DNA from: Octopus vulgaris
Lineage: Eukaryota
DNA: 64,000 nt
Assembly (NCBI GenBank): GCA_951406725.2
Contig: OX597827.1
Span: forward strand, 80,290,001 to 80,354,000
Direction of reading: 5' to 3'
The notes below the pieces were generated by a model, which saw only the letters and a list, made by a program, of their open reading frames with translations, was not told the DNA's origin and ran no database searches. Positions 35,765 to 47,959 of this stretch are shown in pieces (within the stretch, counting starts at the first letter, position 1; the number at the start of each line of letters is the position of its first letter). The position numbers and the translations under genes were made by a program.

Positions 35765-36995
35765 TATGGTGGCAAGCTGGAAGATCCATTAGCCCTCAGG
35801 TCAAAATGCTTAGTGGCATTTCATCTGCTTTCATGTTCTGGGTTCAAACTCCACTGAAGTTGGTTTTGCCTTTCATCCTTTTGGGGTCAACAAAACGAAT
35901 ACCAGTTGAACACTGGGGTTGATGTAATTGACTTATCCCCTCTTGCAACATTGTTGGCCTTGTGCCAAGATTTGAACTCCTTATTATTGTTATTCAGGCA
36001 GAATTGTTAACACACTGGACAAAATGTTTGGCAGCATTTCTCTCCTCTCTACATTCTGAGTTCTAATTCCACTAAGGTCGTCTTTGCCCTTCATCCTTTC
36101 AGGGTCAGTGAAATAAGTACCAGTTGAGCACTGGGGGTTGATAAAACTGACTATCCCCCCCTCCCACTAAATTTGTCCCTATAGTAGAAAGGCTCCCCCT
36201 CCTCCCCTTCATCATCATTATCATCCTCTTTTGGTGGAGTGATAGTGCTGTGAATTAGCAGAATCATTGGAGGATGGTGATATTTATTCTGGTTGTGTTC
36301 TTAGTTCCCATCTTGTTGAGGTCAATGCTGTTTGGTAGAAGAAAATATTGTGTGCTGGGAACAATGATATTAACTAACCCCATCCCCTCAAAGTTGCTGG
36401 CCTTGTGTGTAAATCAGAAACAATTATTACTGTTACCATTATCATTTGGCTGAATCATAAAAATGTCAAGCAAAAAGTCTTTTGGTATTTATGGCTTTTT
36501 ATGGTCCGAGTTCAAATTCTGTTGAAGTCAACCTTATCTTTTATTCTTCCAGTGGTAGTAAATAAAATACCAGTTATGTACTGGGGTTGATTTAAATCAA
36601 CTGACTCCTTCCCCTTAAAACTCAGCTTAAATTTTTTTTATTATTGATATGGCAAGTTTGCTGGGTTGTTAGAATGTTGGAAAGAAAATCTTGTGGAATA
36701 TATTTTGGCTCTCTGTGCTCATATCTCACTGGGGGCAATTTTGTCCTCATTTTTTAGACTAATAAAGTACCATCCCTGGGATCAATAATTAGGATGGTAT
36801 GTAGGTAAAATCCTTAAGCATTGAACAAAATACCTAGTGGTGTTGTCCTGGCTCTTTATATGTTTTCAAATTCTACTGAAGTTAGCTTTGCCAGAGTTGA
36901 CAGAATAATGTAACCATTAAGTATGGGGGGGGGGGGGTCAAGGGCCTTGATCTACCCCATTCCCTTAACATTGCTAGCCTAGAGTCTAAATTAGA
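35765..36995 (+). mobile_element. Head-to-tail array of about 6 degenerate copies of a second tRNA-like SINE family
   Basis: Recurrent units ggca.gctgg/cagaat..ttag ... gagttcaaattc ... tttgcctttcatcctt ... aagtaccagttg..cactgggg; further copies near 40620-40760 (+), 47640-47845 (-) and 57360-57640 (-). Confidence 0.65.
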
Positions 36996-39900
36996 AACAA
37001 TTATTATTGATGTTGTTGTTACTGAATTATCATAAAAACTAATTATTATAGTAAATGTTGTAAACTTGCTGTCAAGTTACAAATTAAGCCTGGAGAAAAA
37101 GACTTTTTGTTGATTAGATATTCATTGAGAAAAACTAGCAGTTGTATCGGAAAAAGCTGGAACTTGCAATGGAAGGATTCTGTTTTGCTTTTTTAAATTA
37201 CCTTACAAATAAATTTCCAGAACTTGCATATCTAATCTAATTATTGCATACATCTGTTCTTTTAATTACATTTAAACAGTGTTGGTATGGCTGGGAAGAG
37301 TTTATGAAAGAAGATGCAAATATGACCCTCCAGTGGAATTGAACCTGTATCTTGTTATTCTACCTTATTTGTACTGCTATACTGCACTGAGTATAAATGA
37401 AAGCATGTACCTGTTGGTCATTCTAAAGTTAACTATCAATGAATTTAATACAATTTCTTTATTATTTTATTTGAAAATGTTAGATATACACAGCTTTGCA
37501 TGCATACATATGTACATACATACATATATATATTCATACACACACACACACATATGCTATAAGCAGATGAAGCACAAATGAAAAACCAAAAATCACTGAA
37601 ATCTCTATTGCAAACCAATCAAACAGTATTCATATATAACCCACTTCTCCAATATTATTACACAACTATTTTTTTTTTTATTACTGTTTTATACTTTGAT
37701 GAAATTATATTTACATATGATTGAAAAATTCAAAGAATTAGCAGAAGCCAAACTCTATAAGTCTGCCATATTTTATTTGAGGCTCAGCAAGTTATAGTTT
37801 TATTATTATTATTACTATTAATTTTTTAATGTAATTCTCAACAGCAGCACGCAAGATGCTTAATATCTATGAGTGATATAAATTTAAATAATTTGATACT
37901 TGATGATTTTGGCAGCATATTTCTTGCAGGTTGTAATTCTATAGATATTCACTCTATATTTCTTTGCCACCTGTAGTTCTGCATTTCTTAAAATCTATTG
38001 TAAAGAGTAGCCGTACCAATATTATTGTAGTGTAGTTGCTACATTGTAAAAACAATTTGGGTGAAAACTGCAGCAAACATATTCCATAGAATGGCTTGTA
38101 TTATTTGCCATAAAATATTGGGTGAAATAGAGTGAATTTATATATTTTGAATAAACAAAAATTCTCTTTTTCCATTTACAATATCAAATTGGATGCATTA
38201 TATTATAAACATTGATATGCCAATGAATATTTGAAAAATATTGGATTATCAATTGCAAATAAAGACAACGAGATGAATGAGTTGATAGAAAAAGGCAAGA
38301 AATTGTTAGAATAAAGAAAATAAGTAAATACCGCTGTTATTATGATATCCATTGTTACTTCAACTGTAACTGTAGGAATGTGTCATGATAAAAGAGATCC
38401 AATCTGACTGCTGCTGCTGCTGTAGTAGTGTGACAATGATTTTATGTTGATGGACTGGAAATAGAAGTCAGGCAGCCAACCTGCTGCTATGCTAAGGTTT
38501 CACTTGCCACTCACTTTCTTTCGGCTCCTTCTTCTTCTTCCCACCACTCTGTCTTGATTTTCTTTCAATCACTCTTCTCTCTCTCTCTCTCTCACTCTCT
38601 TCCTTCCTTCCTTCCTTTCTTTTATCTTCCTTTCTTTTTTTCTTTCTCCTCATGTGAAGCATTAACAATGTAGTTTTGATTTTGACAATTATAGCTGTAA
38701 GGTTTGTGTATATCAATTTAAGTGCTACAAAAAAAATAAATTAGATTTACTTGTTATAAACATTTATTATTATGTCACCCTACCCACTTAACACTTAACA
38801 CTTAACACTTAGGAAAATCATCACAAGTGTGTGCAATCAAATTCATATAATTTTGTCTTTAGATAATTTTTTAGATTTGCGTTTAAAAAACCAGAATGTC
38901 TGACATTTGATTAGTTCATTAATTTTTATTGAAATGTTTCATTAAACTCTATTGTTAATTTTTTTTTTAGTATAATCTGCATTATTAGTCACATATTCAA
39001 TTAATCAAATGCTAATTATGTAAATATTCTATTCTCATAAAAATAATTTTATTTTATTTTGCCATCAAGAAATTATTTTTATGTAATTACCCCAGCAATT
39101 ACCCCAGAAATGGCAGTCTCACATGTGACTGCCATCTGGAACAGCGTTACTCTTGTATGGTGCTTCCTCCATTTACGATATGCAGCATTTTAGGAAATTT
39201 AAGCAATGCTTGCAAAGCTTGCGTCTACCACTTAGTTCTTTGGTCTGCATATCAACGCTTTCTACTTGATTCTTTCTGGAGCTACTAAATATAAAAATAC
39301 TTGAATCACATAAAAGTTTTATTTTAATTTTTCTAAATTTCAGTTTCATTACTTTTGAATAAAAAAAAAATTGTGTCTTATTTTGGTATTGATTTGTAAT
39401 TCAGAACATTATTTAGATCTAAATTTTAGTTTCGTTGAAATTATTAAAATTCTTACTTCTCTATTTTGGTAAGGATTCTTTAGCAAAAGATAGAATTGCA
39501 TATAAGATAAAGATAATAGGGAGGCAGACTAGATGTTTTATAATATCTCTTTTATTGTGTCCCCACCATATCTGAGTTTAAATACTGTCTCTAAAAATAT
39601 TGTCTTGAATCTTAATATTTTTAATTGAATAATGATTAGTAGGGGTGGAGTTGTGCTTTTTTGAAAAGAAAACTATTTAGCAGTTAATTTGTTTGTGGGT
39701 GAATTAATCAGGAATTATATGTTGTGTGATCAATTGAGGCACTTAGAGTTGCATTAATGTTTTTTTCCTTTTTTTTTTTTTTGTAAAATATATTCCTTTT
39801 CACTGAAAAAAAAAAAGAAAGAAAGCGTATATTGCATCAACCCTAATTGTATTAATTAGTTAATTCTATATTTCAGTTATTGATAAAAGCATTCTAAATT

Positions 39901-40814
39901 ACTGGATTTGAAATCTTGCAGAAAATACTAATTGTTAAGTTTTACCAAAGAGTGAATAACTTAATTATCAAATATGCTCTTACACTATTTATATACAATA
40001 ATGAATTTTGAACAAATTATGTTTTATCTCCAAAAACCTTGCTTCTTTCTCCTGGTTTTAGATCCTTTAGGGAACAAGTAAAAGCTACAAGTGAAGTTGT
40101 TGTTGCATCAGTTTTGTTCAGATGCAGAATATGAAGGTTGCTGACTCATTCTTTGGGAGCAAATTCTGATTCAGAACGGCTGAATGTACCATACTCCACT
40201 GTTGTCTTGGATTATGTTAAACAATCTGTTATTCAGTGTTCTTGTTTGTGTGTAACCACAGATTGGTCTCAGTTGACCAGACCTAGTCATGTAGTGTTTA
40301 GCTAAAAGCATGCATTGTAACAGTAGCAGGATATTCAATCAGGTTTGCTGTCCAATCAGTTTCGATAGGTTTAGAAATGTTGGTGATGCAAGGTAGAATG
40401 AATTGCTTGGGCTTCATTAGTAGGGTAGAAATAGTAGTAGAGTCTTCTAAAGATTAGGTTCATTTGCACAATGTTACTATGATAGGACTTTATCAAGAAT
40501 GGAATCTTTCAAGATAATTTGATTTGAGAGTGTCATCTAATTATGGATTTAACCATATTTTGCAGTGAGTAAAATGACTCCCTTCCTTTCTAGATTATTT
40601 TATTGCACTTTTTCATTGCTAAATTCTGCTGAGGACGACTTTGCCTTTCATCCTTTCAAGGTCGATAAATTGAGTACCAGTTGCATACTGGGATCAATCT
40701 AATCAACTGCCCCCCTCCTCCAAAATTTCAGGTCTTGTGCTTCGAGTAGAAAAGAATATTTAAAGATCCTCATTAGATGACTAATTAATTTGTACTTGTT
40801 TTTGATGGATAACA

Positions 40815-41237
40815 TTGAAACTCCGATGTCTGGCAGCTGACTTGGCAGACACCCATAAAATTATTAACCATCTTACAAACAATAACTCTGAGCACCTTTT
40901 CAAACTCCACCTGTCTAACACCTGTGGACGTGTTTACAAATTCAGAAAACAGCACAGCTCCCATGACTTTCGGAAACATTTTTTTCACGCTAAGAGTTGC
41001 TGAAGCATGGAACAAACTGCCAGCATCAATTGTTAGTTGTCGGAGCACTGCATCCTTCAAAACTTCCATGCTTCCTGAGATTCGCCAACACTACACTTGA
41101 TTTTCTCCCCTCCATACACACACAAGCATGTATCTGACTCATACACTGTTCACTTCCCAGACATTTGTACATTACTGCATATGCTTTATATGCACTTTCT
41201 GACAAGTTGTGGTGCACCTGAGCACTGTATACAATAA

Positions 41238-41270
<33 letters not shown>
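40815..41270 (+). mobile_element. CR1-type LINE 3' end with (ATT)n tail
   Basis: DLADTHKII...RKHFF and AEAWNKLP motifs, 3'UTR and (ATT)n; the same tail is inverted at about 8190-8270. Confidence 0.75.
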
Positions 41271-41658
41271 AAGCCATCTTCGAATAAGCACAAACGTGGT
41301 CAATGGAACAGGTTCATTAAGAGAGCAAAGACTGTAGCAATTTGCATTGTTTCAACCTAAAAGTTGCAGTTAGGTCAGTCCCCTTCATGTGCTGCCTTGT
41401 AAACTTTTTTGGGTACGGATTCTCCAGCTCAGTCACATGTTTCTACCTGAGTGAGCCTCATGTGATTGTTCTGTTAGAAATAGTACCTAAATCCCCCTCA
41501 AATCCCACCCTGCCATCTTAAATAAGAGAAAATACATTAGCTAACGTGTTCTTAAAAAGACAAGATTGGCAAGACTGAGATTGACTGAACATCATCATTG
41601 CTGTTGTTGTGGTTGCTGTCATTGTTGTTGCCACTGACGTTGTCATTGTCATCATCAT

Positions 41659-41695
<37 letters not shown>

Positions 41696-42232
41696 CAAAT
41701 TCACAAAGTGGTTCTTCCTGGAAGTAGATGTCACAGGGCAACATCTAGAGAAATTTTAACAGATTTATCAAATTTGCAAAATTTTATATGAATCCTTCCT
41801 AATTTCATCATTGTGATCTTCCTTTTATATCCATCCAATTTCTATACTGGCAAGCCTGGCTGCATAATATACTGTTCGTAAATGTTTTGTTTTACCAAAG
41901 AATATATATAAAACGTGTAAATTTCATCTGCTTTATATTAGAGTATTTGTGTAAAGTAATGTCTGCAAGAATATTTGTTGTGAAAGTTTGATTGTGACAA
42001 CTCCATTGCAGGTGCAACTACAAAATCAACAAACATCAGCCAGTAAACATTCCATTATATCTATTTATTAAATGTTAACAAATATGTGTCTAAGTGGTAC
42101 AAATAAACGAATGAGATTTGCCAATAAATATGCAAACAGACATATGGAGAGAGATGGATGAATAATAATAGATGAGTGAACAGATACTGACTGATGGTTG
42201 TCGGTTTTATATCCTTTCCATTTCCTTATTTG

Positions 42233-42280
<48 letters not shown>

Positions 42281-44069
42281 TCATTTAATATCCACTTTCC
42301 ATGCTGGCATGGGTTGGACGGTTTGACAGAAGCTGACTAGCTAAAGGGCTGTTCATTCTCCATATCCGTTTTGGTTTGGCATGGTTTCTATGGCTGGAAG
42401 CCCTTCCTAACACCAACCACTTTACAGAGTGTACAGGGTGCTTTTACGCAGCACTGGTATGGGTGCTTTTTATGTGGCACCAGCACTTATGAGCCAGCAA
42501 GATTAGGGAGGCTCAGCTGCAGAGGGCTGCAAGGGATGAACTTGCATGCTTTTTACTTAGCTTGGCACGTCTTTTCAAGCACAGCAAACTGCCAGGAGTC
42601 TCAGCCCCCTGTCAATCCCTCTGTGACTCCTGACATTTGTAGTCCCTTTCCCATTACTTCGTTCCACATCTTCCTGGGTCTACCCCTTCGACATGTTTCC
42701 TCTACAATTAAAGATCGACACATCTTGATGCAACTGTCCCCTTTCATATGCATCCTTTGCATCTGTGTTTGTCCCTCACCACTGCTTTACAACTGGAGTT
42801 GCTGTGTTTATGCCCCCATAACATAGCATAAGTACCAGGCTATAAAACATACAAGTCCTGGGTTTGATTTGTTTCACTAAAACCCTTCAAGGTGGTGCCC
42901 CAGCATGACCACAGTCAAATAACTGAAACAAGTAAAAGCGAAACAAAAGATAATAGATACAGTTTTATTGAGAACCTTCATGTCTCTATCATCACAGACC
43001 TGTGAGTATACAGTAAATTTTTCCTGCTTTTTTTGTAAGGACACTGATCTCACATTTCATCCATTTGAACCCATCCACTCAGACACATTCATGTATTCTT
43101 TGCCTCCACATCCACATATCAATGTTATACTGTTGCACAGACTCATGGTTACACAACATGCTTACAATCAACAAAGGTGGTCTGCTGCTGCTGCTACTAT
43201 AATTAGTGAAGAATCACTACTGTCTTCCCCTTACTGTCCACCTCAATCCCAATGTACACCTCACAGTTCCACGATAAATCTGGCAACCGTAAATAAAACA
43301 AAATTTATGAACACCCAAAATATGCTGCTATTTTCAACACAAGAGACTATGCAGTGACCGCAACTTCACCCATTTACCTGGGACACAATTCATATAAGCA
43401 ACACAAGCCAACACCAAACCACACATCTTACAGCAGTAGTACCACCACTAAATACTAAATCACACTTAATAGCTTCTACGTGTGTAACTTGGAATCCTAA
43501 AATCTGCTGCTGTTCCCAACTGGAAAGGTTACGTCTACAGCATGACTGTGCCTTCCCTCTTCTTCCAGGAACTTGATCCCTATTAAAAGCATGACTCCAA
43601 GCCACCACCAAATCCACAGTAGAAACATCCCTTACAGTAGCAATGCTGGTCCAGAACTCAAAAGTCTCCCTGAATGCAGTTTCTGTAGAAAGAGCTAATC
43701 AGCCAGGCATGTTTATATGGGGCATGCCAGTTGAAAGCATGCCCCGTATTAACCCACTTCTACCTACTAGGACTTGATTCCGTGAGATAGATGGCTACTA
43801 ATGCATAACAGAAGCAAACTAACAAAGCAGCTAAAATATCAAACACTTTCAACTGATGAAATAGAGAAGAAAATATATGAAAATAAAAGAACATTGAACT
43901 GGACCCAAAACAATATCTCATGGAAAAGAAATTTTGTTAAAGGAACACTGAGCAATGGAAAATATAAAATCTATTCCTAAGTTTTTTTTTTCACTTTGCT
44001 AAAGAAAAATCAACCCCACATAACCAGACTGACTCTTGAATAGATCAAACTGGATCATATAGCAATAAG

Positions 44070-44380
44070 GATCACTCCATCAGTTACGATGACGAGGGTC
44101 CCAGCTGATATGATCAAAGGAACAGCTTGCTCGTGAAATATAAACATGCAAGTGGCTGAACACTCCACAGACATGTGCACCCTTATCATAGTTCTCAGGG
44201 AGATTCAGCCATGACACAGAGTGTGACAAGGCTGGCCCTTGGAAATACGGGTACTACTCACTTTTGCCAGCTGAGTGGACTGGAGCAACGTGAAATAAAG
44301 GACACATCATATCGCTGGGAATTGAACTCACGACCTTACAACCGTGAGCTGAATGCCCTAACCACTAAGCCATGTGCCTT
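44070..44380 (+). mobile_element. Third short interspersed repeat family
   Basis: gctcgtgaaat..aac.tgcaagtggctga.cactccacagac...gccagctgagtggactggagcaa; other copies at about 21685-21920 (same strand) and about 60650-60850 (opposite strand). Confidence 0.7.
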
Positions 44381-44399
44381 GACTACATAGCAATAATTC

Positions 44400-45120
44400 A
44401 TCACAAATACGCACACTGTTGAGTTATCAGTATAACAGTGCATTTTCCCAACCTATGCTTCACAAAATAGTACATATGTTTGATCCCCAGAACCCAAATG
44501 CAGAGACACATCCAAAAATTAATGATATTATGAAAGATGATCTACTTACGGCTATTAATGAACCAGATTCAAACTCAGCATCTGGACCAGACAATCTCCA
44601 AGCCATTCTGTTAAAAACGTGCATGAACAGCCTTGCAAAACCCTTAAAGATACTACTTGAAAAGCTGCATAGTATAGCAATAGTAACACGCATTACAGAA
44701 GGGAGGTATGTAGGGCTGAAGCTTAAAACTACAGATTCTGTTTCTTTCACATCTCACACGTCTAAAATTATCGACTGAATTGTCTGTTAAAAAAATAATT
44801 ACATATCTTGAAGAAAGCAGCCTCTTTGATGAAACACAACATGGTTTTCAGACTGGACAAAGTTGCCTGTCACAACTATTCCAGCAGCATAACACTGTTC
44901 CCAATAATCTCTTGCATATACCTTGATTTGACTAAAGCATTTGACAAGATTGATCATGGAATCATCTGTCTTAAGTTAAGGGGTCTTGGTATTGCAGGAA
45001 AACTCCAAAAAATGACTCTTTGGCTTCCTGCACAGTAGGAGTCAATCTGTTGCTGTAAATGCTTTTCTCTCTGCCAAGTCACCTTTAATAAGTGGTATAA
45101 GTAAAAATACTCCTCCAGTA
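44400..45120 (+). pseudogene. CR1-group LINE RT fragment
   Basis: SASGPDNLQAILLK and IYLDLTKAFDKIDHG; abuts a mariner fragment. Confidence 0.75.
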
Positions 45121-45970
45121 CTGTTCTGACCTCAGCTACAGAATTCATGCATTTTCTGTCCAAATGATTTTGAAGATGCAGACTAAATGACAATCAGATG
45201 GAGGCTATGTCCAGCAAATATATCAGGCGGGGCATTGTTTCCCATTCAAACTGCTCCAGCCTTTGGAATGTCATCCTTGCTGTATGTGACTGTGCATTAT
45301 CCTGATGGAAGGACATCTTTTGTCTTGAAACCAAAGACGGTCAATTCCTTTCTAACACTGACTTAAGCTGTTCACAGTAGATCTTTCATATCCCACCAAA
45401 CACCTTACATGAGCAAAGACCTTCTTTAGCCTGGCATGCTGGTGTTTCTCCTTTCCCTACCCACTGTCTTTGATGCTTGACATTTTTATAGAGAACCCAT
45501 TTCTCATCCCTATTCAGTCCAGAAAGGGTTCATTAGTGACATGTGATAGCAATTAGACTCAGAAAGTTTATAAAGAACTCATTAACCCAATTTGCTGACT
45601 TTTCTAATGGAACATAGGTGTCAATGAATGGTTGGATGACCAAATCCAAGCTTCTCTGCTAGTTCTCAACAGTTACGATGGGATTTGGTTCCATCAGGGT
45701 TTGCAGGATGTCCTTGTCGAGCTCTACAAATCTTCTAAGATGGGGCTCATCTTCTAGGATGTAGTTTCCGACTTGGAATTTCTGGAATCACCTTTAACAC
45801 TGGCTTACACTTATTGTCTGATCCCCATATACTGTGGTAATATTTCTTGCACTTTCCATTGCATTGTTGCCTTTATTGAACTCATAAAGCAAAATATGCC
45901 GAATATGCTCCTTTGTCACTTCCATTATAGTTTTGAAAAAAATAACTGTTAAAATCGAACTGCACTTGTT
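45110..45970 (-). mobile_element. Truncated copy of the same mariner family
   Basis: MEVTKEHIRHILLYEFNKGNNAMESARNI and LQNHLDRKCMNS match the 55.7-57.0 kb element. Confidence 0.85.
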
Positions 45971-46086
45971 ATCTAGACGATTGCATAACAACCTTATAAT
46001 GCTAAATCATCAGAAGGAAAATGAAGTTTAATACATTGTTGGTTATCTGCGTCATTTTGCTAGAGTTAAGTTGAGAGCAGTTTTAT

Positions 46087-46129
<43 letters not shown>

Positions 46130-46132
<3 letters not shown>

Positions 46133-46535
46133 TAATAATAAAAATTATAATATTAGGGAATATGATTCCAAACTTACAGGGAAAAATTCAATTTAGTAAT
46201 ACTAAATCAAATTTCACAATATATAATATATGTATATAAATTAGAGAAGAACCATCATGTAGCAATTCAATAATGATATACTTAAATCATACCATATAGA
46301 AAATAAAATAAAGATACGATAAAACATTTACCTAGAACTAAATAAAGTACGAAATAATAAATAAATATTATATAATTAGTAAATAGACTACACGTGTTTC
46401 GTGGCTATATTTTCAAACTGATTACACTAAAATCAATTCAATTTAAATATAGTCACTCATCAGGTACAAGATAAAAACAATAAAATATTTAAATGAATCT
46501 ATGTATATTATCTTATAAGAAAATATACATATATT
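46130..46535 (-). mobile_element. AT-rich hammerhead-bearing element inserted in (TA)n
   Basis: Unique AT-rich block between (TA)n tracts containing the hammerhead at 46386-46467. Confidence 0.55.
46386..46467 (-). ncRNA. Type I hammerhead ribozyme
   Basis: Core CUGAUGA 46463-46457; long stem II GUGACUAUAUUU/AAAUAUAGCCAC; GAAAC 46400-46396; palindromic stem III ACACGUGU; triplet GUA ending 46389; stem I only about 2 bp. Confidence 0.75.
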
Positions 46536-46559
46536 ATATATATAAATATATATATAAAT

Positions 46560-46912
46560 AGATTGTTGCCAGAGCCACTGACTGGCTTCCATGCCGATGG
46601 CATGTAAAAAACACCATTCGAGCATAGTCATTGCCAGAGCCGCCGGACTGGCTCCTGTGCTGGTGGCACATAAAAAGCTCCATTTGAGCATTGTTGATGC
46701 CAGTACCACCTGACTGGCCCTCGTGCAAGTGACATATAAAAGCACCCACTACATCCTCGGAATGGTTGGCATTAGGAAGGGCATCCAGGTGTAGAAACTT
46801 TGCCAGATCAGATTGGAGCCTGGTGCAGCCACCTGGCTTGCCAGCCCTCGGTCAAACCATCCAACCCATGCCAGCATGTGAAAGCGGATGTTAAACAATG
46901 ATGATGATGATA
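46560..46912 (+). mobile_element. RTE-tail-related short repeat copy
   Basis: Same family; three internal repeats; (GAT)n tail. Confidence 0.7.
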
Positions 46913-47959
46913 GCTAGATAGATACAGATAGATTTGTATATCTGTATCTATGTGTGTGTGTGTGTGTGTGTATGAGTATGAATTATGCATATGTGTGCAC
47001 ATATTTGTGCATAGGGGGAACTATTTTCCAAAGGAATATATTGTCATAATTTGAATAAGTCATTTGTCTTTTATTTACGTCCATATTTCCTGGACCCTGC
47101 TTCCTCCTCAAGTTTTGTTGTGTTGTTCATTTTGTGAGGGGGATGAGAATATATTTATGATAATTCACTGTTAGGCATTTCAGAAATTTTTTTTGTCACT
47201 TAGAAATCCTCTGACTAATTTATTGATTATTTCAAACAAACAACAATATATATTTGTTTGTTTACCAATTTTGCCAAAATCCATTTACGAAAAATATATA
47301 GATGTGGGATTGATTGCAGATACATTAAATATTCATCTTGACCAAGTCACTACCATTGCTTCCATTTTATATATAGGTCAGGTATAGGGGTGGGGAAATT
47401 TTATTCACTCTTTAAATTCTGACTAATATTTTCTGATACAGAAATAAACACCACTGTAAAATGTTTAAAATGTGTGTGTGAGATCATCATTTAATGTCTG
47501 TTATCCATTCTGGCATGGGTTGGAATATTTGACAGGAGCTGGGCAGCTGCCCAGGTTCCATGTCTGTTTTGTATGGTTTCTACAGCTGGATGCCCTTCCT
47601 AATGCCAACCATTTTAATTATTTCTTTTTTGCCCACAAGTGGGCTAAATATAGAGAGGATAAACAAAGACAGACAAAGTCGATTACCTCGATCCCAGGGT
47701 TTAACTGATACTTATTTGATCGGCCCCGAAAGGATGAAAGGCAAAGTAGACCTCAGTGGAATTTGAAATCAGAACATAACGGCAGACAAAATACTGCTAA
47801 GCATTTTGCTTGGTGTGCCAACGATTCTGCCAAGTCACTGCCCTATTTTGATGAGTGTACTAGGTGCTTTAACACAGCACCAACATGGGTGCATTTATGT
47901 GGTACTGGTACAGGTGCTTTTTATGTGGCACCAGCACCCATGAACCTGCAAGGTTAGGA

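Noticed and set aside
35409-35792. Poly-Y/H/I/N/D ORFs
   Set aside because: Translations of an (ATT/ATC)n microsatellite.
40040-40560. Possible + strand exon after a pyrimidine tract and AG at about 40061
   Set aside because: Only short open frames and no recognisable protein similarity.
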